Source of the DNA: Anthoceros angustus
Lineage: Eukaryota > Plantae > Anthocerotophyta
Direction of reading: 5' to 3'
DNA length: 64,000 nucleotides
Assembly (NCBI GenBank): GCA_010909165.1
Contig: MU008162.1
Location: 2,167,601-2,231,600 of the forward strand
The notes below the pieces were generated by a model. It made no database searches. It was not told where the DNA came from and saw only the letters and a list, made by a program, of their open reading frames with translations. The position numbers and the translations under genes are program-made. Below, piece by piece: positions 1 through 10,212 of this stretch (position 1 is its first letter; each line of letters opens with the position of its first letter).

Positions 1-265
1 ACCGCAAACCTAATAGTACGTTCTAAGAAATTCCCAAAGGCAAACGACTAGCGAGTTGGAAGGGCTAAACTACATGTCGTCTATTTGGCCAGCCCGCAAC
101 GCCTTAGGGCAACGGAATCCCATCCCACAACATTGCGGCTTCACTCGTTTGTATCCTAGTTCGCAGTAACAGGCCACCGTTACACACATGGGTGTTTCAA
201 ATTGGCATGGAGTAGTGGAACCACGTCATGAGGATTTATGAAGGTGTCCGCGTATGGCAACATCG

Positions 266-355
266 AAAATCAAGGTCACCTTTATCGCAAGAAGAAAATC
301 CAAGGTCACCTTGGAAGAAAATCCAAGGTCACGCGGCAGCAAATCAAGGTCACCT
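266..355. repeat. Sub-repeat A: 4-6 x AAAATCCAAGGTCACC with short variable linkers (present in every unit)
   Basis: Directly visible. The core CCAAGGT-C-ACCTTGG is a 15-bp palindrome when followed by TTGG. Confidence 0.95.
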
Positions 356-688
356 TTGCTGCAACACAAGCTCAAATTGGGCTTCAAGGGTCTTACTAGC
401 CATTGGCAAGGTCATCCAAACCACCGCCGCAACAAAACCAACAAGTTTCTACCGCACCCAAGTTAAGATTTTGAGTAGAAAATAGGTTGGAGACCCAAGG
501 AACAATGTTTCTTTTGCCTCTTCACAAATTAGATGCAATTGATAATTTGGGGCTGCAGCTTACTAGTATCTCCACGCCCAGCCCCACCTGTTGTGTTCAT
601 AAGCTGGAGTGAAAACTGGAGAAGTGTTCAAAATTCTTCCGGATCTTGCTAATCTGGCACTGTAGAACTCCTTCTTGCTGCATCCAGG

Positions 689-843
689 TATGGCCCTGAC
701 CATCCCAAGTGGCTAGGCCCCTTCTCCGCCAACACTCCATCATACGAAGGAGAATTCCGCTGGCTACGACTGCGGCCGGGCCTATCCGCGACCGAGACAT
801 TCGCCAAGAACAGGGAGTTGGAGGTGATCCATGCTGGGCTATG
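689..843 (+). pseudogene. LHCB: Captured fragment of chlorophyll a/b-binding protein (major LHCII, Lhcb1/Lhcb2/LhcbM type)
   Basis: The frame from 689 reads [23 protein letters not shown]...[19 protein letters not shown], and TGGGCTATG (WAM) follows at 835-843 in a shifted frame. This matches the LHCII motif [56 protein letters not shown]. There is no transit peptide and no C-terminal helices. Confidence 0.93.
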
Positions 844-1255
844 TCGTGGAGTGCCGTGCGTGCGGGGGACACTAAATCGGTCCGAAATGCCCAAATCCGA
901 TCGGAGCTTGGAACATCTCGGTTCTTCCTCATCTTCGATTTGAGGAATCCTCGTAGGACGTTGACTTGAGACACCGAGATAGGACTTGCTCGGCACATTT
1001 GTAACTATTTATTTTACAAAGCACAGAATTTATTGAAAAAAAAGGTGGCTATATATGTGGTATATGGGTTCACTAATTATCGTATTGAAAAGTAATCGTG
1101 TGATTACCTATAGATGTTATGCACTCTTCAAGGCTATAATTCCAACCTTTCATAGAGCTTATTTGGTTGATCGGAATCATAATAATCCAAGATAAAGTCT
1201 TATTCTTTATCTTTCATTTGACTTCTGAGGACAAAAGCCAATCCAAGACAAAGTT

Positions 1256-1817
1256 ATGGGTCTTTTGAACTGCTTTGTAATCTTCCACTTGACTTACAAG
1301 AACAAATTATTATGAAGTATATGAGTAATGTCGAGCATGGCAAAATTGGAAGTATGTTCCAAAACTCACACTTTGCACATTAACATATGGGGATTTATGA
1401 ATGGAGATCCAAATACGTAAATCATGGCTTATCAAATATTATTATCACTTCCACATCTTGTGACATCCATTGTTCTCTATTGCCTCTATGAAGTCAACTT
1501 TAGACCCTACCATGATGAGATGCTAATTAGTAATAAAGTTTTAGTTGACGAAGATAGAGTTAAAGATATGGTTGAAAGTCTCAATGAGCTTTATGTATGG
1601 TCAAATCTCCCAAAAGTTCAAGCCATCATCACCTTTGAAAAGGAAGTCACATATGAAGAATTTGTGTATCCACTGTAGAATAATGTTTCGTGGTCACATA
1701 CAAGCAAGCATGCATGGAAAGGGACGATATATGCCCATTATAACTCTTGGACTAGGAATAATGAAATCTTGAATCAACAATGCCCCCCATGAAACCATTC
1801 CACAAGCTATGCCATGA
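1256..1817 (+). pseudogene. Copy of unknown ~187-aa ORF (interrupted as assembled)
   Basis: Core MAYQILL...EEFVYP at 1424-1678 with flanks homologous to 19303-19864. Confidence 0.45.
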
Positions 1818-1951
1818 AACCTGTATACTTCCTTGCCTCTCTAGCTGCTGGCTCTAGAGTCCCGAGTCCTGGCAGTGTGCGTGTCGTGGCCATGGATACA
1901 ACAAATAAGTCCTATATATTTCGTAGCAATATTAATTCCAGGTGCTTGCTA

Positions 1952-2165
1952 TGGAGAAGACACTTCATTCAGTCAACATGTGGAGAAGAGCCTCGATTCC
2001 AAATGCTTGCTATGGAGAAGACACTTCTCGATTCCAGTATGTGGAGAAGAGCCTCGATTCCACTGATTCGTTGTGGAGAAGGATCCGATTCCATTCAGGA
2101 GAAGACACTTCGACTCTAGCGTCGTGGAAGACACTTCGACTCTAGTTGCTCGTGGAGAAGGCGCT
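1952..2165. repeat. Sub-repeat B: 5-7 x TGGAGAAGACACTTCGA(TTCC/CTCTAG), ~27-40-bp period (every unit)
   Basis: Directly visible; core dyad GAAG-ACA-CTTC. Confidence 0.95.
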
Positions 2166-2186
2166 TCTTGATAGAGTGCATGCCAT

Positions 2187-2310
2187 GGCCATGGATACGA
2201 TAAATTAGTCCATTAACGTCTAGATCCGATCAAGCTTGGAGCCTCTACCGTGGCCATGGATACGACAAATTAGTCAAGTAATGTCTAGATGCGATCAAAG
2301 CTTGGAGCCT
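2187..2310. repeat. Sub-repeat C: ~63-bp tandem pair TGGCCATGGATACG..AAATTAGTC..CTAGAT.CGATC.AAGCTTGGAGCCTCT
   Basis: Directly visible; a third partial copy is at 1887-1911. Confidence 0.9.
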
Positions 2311-2564
2311 CTTGGGTTCTTCCGGCCATTCGATCTAAGTAATCAGTAAGGACATTCTCTTGAGAGACCAGTAAGGACGTGTTGGGCACGTTTGTAACTT
2401 TTATTTTATAAAGCCTTAAATTTATTAAAAACAAAAGAGGATATGTTGTAAATCGATAAGATAATTATTGCAATCGATGTGCATCCTTGTAGAATAATGC
2501 TTTATAGTCACGTATAAGCAAGATCGTAAAGGGACCATAAAAATATTTCAAGGTGAGGGCAATG

Positions 2565-2770
2565 GAGTCACCATCCAATAGTTTAAGCAAAGAATTTCAA
2601 GGCGTAACCACGAGTTACCATCAAATGGTCTAAGATAGGCGTAAGATTGGCTCAAGATAGCGAGATATTTCTAAGGCGAGGACGATGAAGTCACCATCAA
2701 ATGTTTTAAGCAAAGAATTTCAAGGTAACACAGAGATAGTTACCATTAAATGATGGCTCAAGATAGTGAG
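2565..2770. repeat. Sub-repeat D: ~120-bp tandem pair AGTCACCATC..TTTAAGCAAAGAATTTCAAGG..AGTTACCAT..GGCTCAAGATAG
   Basis: Directly visible in every unit. Confidence 0.9.
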
Positions 2771-2934
2771 ACTTTAACGGAAGATCTTCCCACTTGACAG
2801 TCTCCCAATGCTACGTAGTGGCTCAATCTTGGGAAGAAAATATTAAAACCAATACCTCAACCTTTTGATACGTAATAGAGAAGAAGAAAAGACACTTACT
2901 TAACCCTTAAGACACAATCCTACGGTCTCAAGCG

Positions 2935-3061
2935 ATTGAGAAAATGTATTACTTCATTTACCCATTCGTGGTATTATGTGACTTCATGGCTCCCGCCTCC
3001 AAAAATTTGAGAAACGTATTACTTCATTTACCCATTGGTGGCATCATTGGACTTCATGGAG
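2935..3061. repeat. ~70-bp tandem pair TTGAGAAA..GTATTACTTCATTTACCCATT..GACTTCATGG
   Basis: Directly visible in every unit. Confidence 0.85.
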
Positions 3062-3519
3062 TGACATCTCTCAGTTCCCATCTTTTGTCTTTGCTTCTCA
3101 TATCATTTTCCTTTTTGTAAATAGATAAGAATCATTTTACTTTGCTTTTGATACCACTTTCGCTACAAAGCTTGGAAGAGGACATAGTAATATTAAAATA
3201 TTCAATGAAACATATAGAATCAAGAAATTTATGTCTAATGCATCAACATCTATTCATCGGGCATAAGTCTAGTATAGTCTTCATTGACCGGTGGTCCTTG
3301 GGTCCTATTTTAGATCGGCACTTAACGACTATCGTCCAAAAAGAGGCGGATCACCGACGTGGTCAAAAAAATGCCTTGCTCAGTATCATATTTGTGAATG
3401 GCAGGTTAGTAGTACATATGGGAAGGTGAAAGTGAAGTTATCTACTAAAAGCTTTTCCTTTTGCTCCATCCTTATGGATAAACATGTCATGTATGAAGAT
3501 CATCGAAGCTTATCTTGTT

Positions 3520-3625
3520 AGAGAATTTGAGACTTTATATGTAGATATTTCAAAGTGTAGAGAATTTGGAGACTTTACATAGATATTTCAAAGTGCAAAG
3601 AATTTGGTATTGATATTTCAAAGTG
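3520..3625. repeat. Sub-repeat E: 3 x (AGAATTTGG..)GATATTTCAAAGTG
   Basis: Directly visible. Confidence 0.9.
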
Positions 3626-3802
3626 TACATCAAGTCCCGTGGAAGTTTAATGTTTGATATGGAGTAGGCCGTAGGGCACTAACAATCAAGTGGCGCATAA
3701 GGGCATGATTTATAATCCAGGGCCATGGAGCTAGGAATGGATGCCACCCAGTACTGATCCCCAAGGACGCTTTCAAGACTGTGGAGTTCCAAGAACCAAG
3801 TG

Positions 3803-3898
3803 CATGCCACTCCTTGAAGGGAGGACCACAAGAAGTATATCACCCATGAAGTGCATGCCACTCCTTGAAGGAGGACCACAAGAAGTATATCACCCATG
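3803..3898. repeat. Sub-repeat F: 2 x ~51-bp CATGCCACTCCTTGAAGG(G)AGGACCACAAGAAGTATATCACCCATG
   Basis: Directly visible; contains the palindrome CTCCTT-G-AAGGAG. Confidence 0.93.
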
Positions 3899-4859
3899 TC
3901 AAAGCGTTGACCCCTAATTGACGGGCTTTTTCTAGGATCTTTTAATCGAATAAATCTGAAAATTACCCTACTAAGCTACACATATTTTCACTTCTGATTA
4001 TTGAGGACCTTGTTGAATTCTTGAGTTATTGCGTGCTTAACTTGCCTCGATCATGTCTCGTATCGGGAGTGCACTCCTCCTTCTTGAGTCCATGCACACA
4101 TGACAACTATGCCACTAAGGTGTCCTCAAGCCCGCAATGAGTGTTCATCCTCGCTTATGGAGGAGGCCTTCCGATCCTTGACTGCAAACCTAATAGTACG
4201 TTCTAAGAAATTCAAAGGCCCGAACGACTAGCGAGTTGGAAGGGCTAAACTACATCTTTATTTGGCGATCCCGAACGCCTTAGGGCAACGGAATCCCATC
4301 CCACAACATTGCGGCTTCACTCGTTGTATCCTAGTTCGCAGGTAACAGTGGCCACCATACACATGGGTGTTTCAAATTGGCATCGTGGAGTAGTGGAACC
4401 GACTGTCATGAGGATTTATGAAGGTGTCCGCGTATGGCAACATCAAGAAAATCCAAGGTCACCTGCGCAAAATGTCACCAGAAAATCCAAGGTCACCAGC
4501 GAAAATCCAAGGTCACCTTAGCTGACAAAATCCAAGGTCACCTTTGCTGCAACACAAGCTCAAATTGGGCTTCAAGGGTCTTACTAGCCATTGGCAAGGT
4601 CATCCAAACCATCGCCGCAACAAAACCAACAAGTTTCTACCGCACCCAAGTTAAGATTTTGAGTAAAATAGGTTGGAGACCCATGAACAATGTTTCTTTT
4701 GCCTCTTCACAAATTAGATGCAATTGATAATTTGGGGCTGCAACTACTAGTATCTCCACGCCCACCCCATTGTGTTCATAATGGAAAACCGGAGAAGTGT
4801 TCAAAATTCTTCCGGATCTTGCTAATGGCATCAGTAGAACTCCTTCTTGCTGCATCCGG

Positions 4860-5016
4860 TATGGCCCGACCATCCCAAGTGGCTAGGCCCTTCTCCGCCA
4901 ACACTCCATCATACGGCGGGAGAATTCTGCGACGATCGCGATGCCGGGCCTATCCGCGACCCCGAGACATTCGCCAAGAACAGGGAGTTGGAGGTGATCC
5001 ATGCTGGGCTATGCTG
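4860..5016 (+). pseudogene. LHCB: Lhcb fragment, array copy
   Basis: [35 protein letters not shown], partly visible in ORFs 4847..5044 and 4690..5112. Confidence 0.92.
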
Positions 5017-5425
5017 TGGAGTGACAGGGTTGCGTGGACACTAAATCGTCCAAATGCCCAAATCCGATCGGAGCTTGGAACATCTCTCGTTCTTCCTCAT
5101 CTTTCGATTTGAGGAATCCTCGTAGGACGTTGACTTGAGACACTGAGATAGGACTTGCTCGGCACATTTGTAACTATTTATTTTACAAAGCGCAGAGTTT
5201 ATTGAAAAAGAAGGAGGCTATATATGTGGTATATGGGTTCGCTAATTATCGTATTCAAAAGTAATCGTGTGATTACCTATAGATGTTATGCACTCTTCAA
5301 GGCTATAATTCCAACCTTTCATAGAGCTTATTTGGTTGATCGCGAATCATAATAATCCAAGATAAAGTCTTATTCTTTATCTTTCATTTGACTTACGAGG
5401 ACAAAAGCCAATCCAAGACAAAGTT

Positions 5426-5981
5426 ATGGGTCTTTTTGAACTGCTTGTAATCTTCCACTTGACTTACAAGAACAAATTATTATGAAGTATATGAGTAATG
5501 TCAAGCATGGCAAAATTGGAAGTATGTTCCAAAACTCACACTTTGCACATTAACATATGGGGATTTATGAATGGAGATCCAAATACGTAAATCATGGCTT
5601 ATCAAATATTATTATCACTTCCACATCTTGTGACATCCATTGTTCTCTATTGCCTCTATGAAGTCAACTTTAGACCCTACCATGATGAGATGCTAATTAG
5701 TAATAAAGTTTTAGTTGACGAAGATAGAGTCAAAGATATGGTTGAAAGTCTCAATGAGCTTTATGTATGGTCAAATCTCCCAAAAGTTCAAGACATTATC
5801 ACCTTTGAAAAGGAAGTCACATATGAAGAATTTGTGTATCCACGTAGAATAATGTTTCGTGGTCACATACACAAGCATGCATGGAAAGGGACGATATATG
5901 CCCATTATAACTCTTGGACTAGGAATAATGAAATCTTGAATCGAATGCCCCCATGAAACCATTCCACAAGCTATGCCATGA
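5426..5981 (+). pseudogene. Copy of unknown ORF
   Basis: Core ORF 5594..5956. Confidence 0.45.
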
Positions 5982-8900
5982 AACCTGTATACCTCCTTGC
6001 CTCTCTAGCTGCTGGCTCTAGAGTCCCGAGTCCTGGCAGTGTGCGTGTCGTGGCCATGGATACAACAAATAAGTCCTATATATTTCGTAGCAATATTAAT
6101 TCCAGGTGCTTGCTATGGAGAAGACACTTCCTGATTCCAGCTGCTCGCTGTATGTGGAGAAGACAGTTCCTGATTCCAGCTGTTCGTTGTGGAGAAGACA
6201 GATCCGATTCCAAATTGCGTTGTGGAGAAGACACTTCGACTCTAGTTGCTCAGTGGAGAAGACACTTCGACTCTAGCATTTCGTGGAGAAGACACTTCGA
6301 CTCTAGTTGCTCAGTGGAGAAGACGCTTCTTGATAGAGTGCATGCCATGGCCATGGATACGATAAATTAGTCCATTAACGCTCTAGATCCGATCAAGCTT
6401 GGAGCCCTCTACCGTGGCCATGGATCGACAAATTAGTCAAGTAATGTCTAGATGCGATCAAAGCTTGGAGCCTCTTGGGTTCTTCCGCCATTCGATCTAA
6501 GTAATGCTGTAAGGACATTCTCTTGAGAGACCGAGTAAGGACGTGTTGGGCACGTTTGTAACTTTTATTTTATAAAGCCTTAAATTTATTAAAAACAAAA
6601 GAGGATATGTTGTAAATCGATAAGATAATTATTGCAATCGATGTGCATCCTTGTAGAATAATGCTTTATAGTCACGTATAAGCAAGATCGTAAAGGGACC
6701 ATAAAAATATTTCAAGGTGAGGGCAATGGAGTCACCATCCAATAGTTTAAGCAAAGAATTTCAAGGCGTAACCACGAGTTACCATCAAATGGTCTAAGAT
6801 AGGCGTAAGATTGGCTCAAGATAGCGAGATATTTCTAAGGCGAGGACGATGAAGTCACCATCAAATGTTTTAAGCAAAGAATTTCAAGGCGTAACAGAGA
6901 TAGTTACCATTAAATGATGGCTCAAGATAGTGAGACTTTAACGGAAGATCTTCCCACTTGAGTCTCCCAATGCTACGTAGTGGCTCAATGGGAAGAAAAT
7001 ATTAAAACCAATACCTCAACCTTTTGATACGTAACGAGGAGAAGAAGAAGAAAAGACACTTACTTAACCCTTAAGACACAATCCCACGTAGCTTGCCTCC
7101 AAGCCATTGAGAAAATGTATTACTTCATTTACCCATTCGTGGTATTATGTGACTTCATGGCTCCGCCTCCAAAAATTTGAGAAACGACATTTCATTTACC
7201 CATTGGTGGCATCATTGGACTTCATGGAGTGACATCTCACTGTTCCCATCTTTTGTCTTTGCTTCTCATATCATTTTCCTTTTTGTAAATAGATAAGAAT
7301 CATTTTACTTTGCTTTTGATACCACTTTCGCTACAAAGCTTGGAAGAGGACATAGTAATATTAAAATATTCAATGAAACATATAGAATCAAGAAATTTAT
7401 GTCTAATGCATCAACATCTATTCATCGGGCATAAGTCTAGTATAGTCCTGCTCATTGACCAGGTGGTCCTTGGGTCCTATTTTAGATCGGCACTTAACGA
7501 GACTATCCGTCCCAAAAAGAGGCAGGACTGGCCCGACGGGTCAAAAAATGCCTTGCTTCAGATCATATTTGTGAATGGCACGGTGAGTAGTACATATGGG
7601 AAGGTGAAAGTGAAGTTATCTACTAAAAGCTTTTCCTTTTGCTCCATCCTTATGGATAAACATGTCATGTATGAAGATCATCAAGCTTATCTTGTTAGAG
7701 AATTTGGAGACTTTATATGTAGATATTTCAAAGTGTAGAGAATTTGGAGACTTTACATAGATATTTCAAAGTGCAAAGAATTTGGTATTGATATTTCAAA
7801 GTGTACATCAAGTCCCACCGGAAGTTTAATGTTTGATATGGAGTAGGCCCGTAGGGCACTAACAATCAGGCATAAGGGCATGATTTATAATCCACAGGCC
7901 ATGGAGCTAGGAATGGATGCCACCCACAGAATCGATCCGTCCCAAGGACGCTTTCAAGACTGTGGAGTTCCGTGAACCAAGTCGCATGCCACTCCTTGAA
8001 GGAGGACCACAAGAAGTATATCACCCATGAAGTCGCATGCCACTCCTTGAAGGGAGGACCACAAGAAGTATATCACCCATGTCAAAGCGTTGACCCCTAA
8101 TTGACGGGCTTTTTCTAGGATCTTTTAATCGAATAAATCTGAAAATTACCCTACTAAGCTACACATATTTTCACTGATTATTGAGGACCTCGTTGAATTC
8201 TTGAGTTATTGGCTTAACTTGCCCCGATCATGTCTCAGACGGGAGTGCACTCCTCCTTCTTGAGTCCATGCACATGACAACTATGCCACTATGACCGCCC
8301 TCAAGCCCGCAATGAGTGTTCATCCTCGCCTCGCTTATGGAGGAGGCCTTCCCGATCCTTGACCGCAAACCTAATAGTACGTTCTAAGAAATTCCCAAAG
8401 GCCCGAACGACTAGCGAGTTGGAAGGGCTAAACTACATGCTGTCTATTTGGCAGCCCGCTAACGCCTTAGGGCAACGGAATCCCATCCCACAACATTGCG
8501 GCTTCACTGCTTTGTATCCTAGTTCGCAGTAACGACAGGCCACCATACACATGGGTGTTTCAAATTGGCATCGAGTAGTGGAACCGACCGCCATGAGGAT
8601 TTATGAAGGTGTCCGCGTATGGCAACATCAAGAAAATCCAAGGTCACCTTGGCAAAATCCAAGGTCACCTTGGTCAAAGAAGAAAATCCAAGGTCACCTC
8701 AGCAAAGAAGAAAATCCAAGGTCACCTTTGCAGCAGAAAAATCCAAGGTCACCTTTGCTGCAACACAAGCTCAAATTGGGCTTCAAGGGTCTTACTAGCC
8801 ATTGGCAAGGTCATCCAAACCATCGCCGCAACAAAACCAACAAGTTTCTACCGCACCCAAGTTAAGATTTTGAGCGAAAATAGGTTGGAGACCCAAGGAA

Positions 8901-9077
8901 CAATGTTTCTTTTGCCTCTTCACAAATTAGATGCAATTGATAATTTGGGGCTGCAGCTTACTAGTATCTCCACGCCCACCCACTGTGTGTTCATAAGTCG
9001 GAGTGAAACCGGAGAAGTGTTCAAAATTCTTCCGGATCTTGCTAATCGCAATGAGAACTCCTTCTTGCGCATCCGTG

Positions 9078-9231
9078 TATGGCCTCGACCATCCCCAAGT
9101 GGCTAGGCCCCTTCTCCGCCAACACTCCATCATACGAAGGAGAATTCTCGACTACGATCGATGCCGGGCCTATCCGCGGACCGAGACATTCGCCAAGAAC
9201 AGGAGTTGAGGTGATCCATATCATGGCTATG
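9078..9231 (+). pseudogene. LHCB: Lhcb fragment, array copy
   Basis: [18 protein letters not shown] in ORF 9079..9402; ETFAKN..EVIH follows after indels. Confidence 0.9.
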
Positions 9232-9652
9232 CCGTGGAGTGACAGCAGTGCATGCCATGGCCATGGATACTACAAATCGGTCCAAATGCCCAACCGATCG
9301 GAGCTTGGAACATCTCGGTTCTTCCTCATCTTCGATTTGAGGAATCCTCGTGAGGACGTTGACTTGAGACACCGAGATAGGACTTGCTCGGCACATTTGT
9401 AACTATTTATTTTACAAAGCGCAGAGTTTATCGAAAAAGAGAGGCTATATATGTGGTATATGGGTTCGCTAATTATCGTATTCAAAAGTAATCGTGTGAT
9501 TACCTATAGATGTTATGCACTCTTCAAGGCTATAATTCCAACCTTTCATAGAGCTTATTTGGTTGATCGCGAATCATAATAATCCAAGATAAAGTCTTAT
9601 TCTTTATCTTTCATTTGACTTACGAGGACAAAAGCCAATCCAAGACAAAGTT

Positions 9653-10212
9653 ATGGGTCTTTTTGAATGCTTTGTAATCTTCCACTTGACTTACAAGAAC
9701 AAATTATTATGAAGTATATGAGTAATGTCAAGCATGGCAAAATTGGAAGTATGTTCCAAAACTCACACTTTGCACATTAACATATGGGGATTTATGAATG
9801 GAGATCCAAATACGTAAATCATGGCTTATCAAATATTATTATCACTTCCACATCTTGTGACATCCATTGTTCTCTATTGCCTCTATGAAGTCAACTTTAG
9901 ACCCTACCATGATGAGATGCTAATTAGTAATAAAGTTTTAGTTGACGAAGATAGAGTCAAAGATATGGTTGAAAGTCTCAATGAGCTTTATGTATGGTCA
10001 AATCTCCCAAAAGTTCAAGACATCATCACCTTTGAAAAGGAAGTCACATATGAAGAATTTGTGTATCCACCGTAGAATAATGTTTCGTGGTCACATACAA
10101 GCAAGCATGCATGGAAAGGGACGATATATGCCCATTATAACTCTTGGACTAGGAATAATGAAATCTTGAATCACAATGCCCCCATGAAACCATTCCACAA
10201 GCTATGCCATGA
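9653..10212 (+). pseudogene. Copy of unknown ORF
   Basis: Core ORF 9821..10075. Confidence 0.45.

Larger units (their letters stand above)
1..4180 (+). repeat. Representative single array unit (arbitrary phase)
   Basis: ACCGCAAACCTAATAGTACG at 1 recurs as ACTGCAAACCTAATAGTACG at 4181. Confidence 0.95.

Noticed and set aside
300-309. Nuclear-receptor half-site CCAAGGTCA or W-box
   Set aside because: Plants lack nuclear receptors, and the reverse complement GTGACC is not the TTGACY W-box.
266-355. CRISPR-like repeat-spacer look of the AAAATCCAAGGTCACC and GGAGAAGACACTTC blocks
   Set aside because: Repeats are ~16 bp. Linkers are short and related to each other, and their variation is at CG/CHG sites. 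There are no cas genes and the context is eukaryotic.
228-485. Short ORFs with ENPRSP / KIQGHL / KSKVTL or WRRHF / GEDTS repeats, and most minus-strand ORFs
   Set aside because: These are translations of DNA sub-repeats that are open in several frames and change frame between copies.
689-843. Functional Lhcb gene cluster
   Set aside because: Only ~50 codons match. Homology stops after WAM(L), with no GALG, no further helices and no transit peptide.
3910-3931. Rho-independent terminator (stem plus T tract)
   Set aside because: The stem is imperfect and the context is plant nuclear repeat DNA.
5162-5428. Alternative genetic code (TAA/TAG = Gln) or U-to-C editing extending the ORF upstream
   Set aside because: Five stops in 88 codons, including a TGA, is about chance level for AT-rich DNA. 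Paralog differences in this frame are mostly non-synonymous. C>T decay or basecalling error is simpler.
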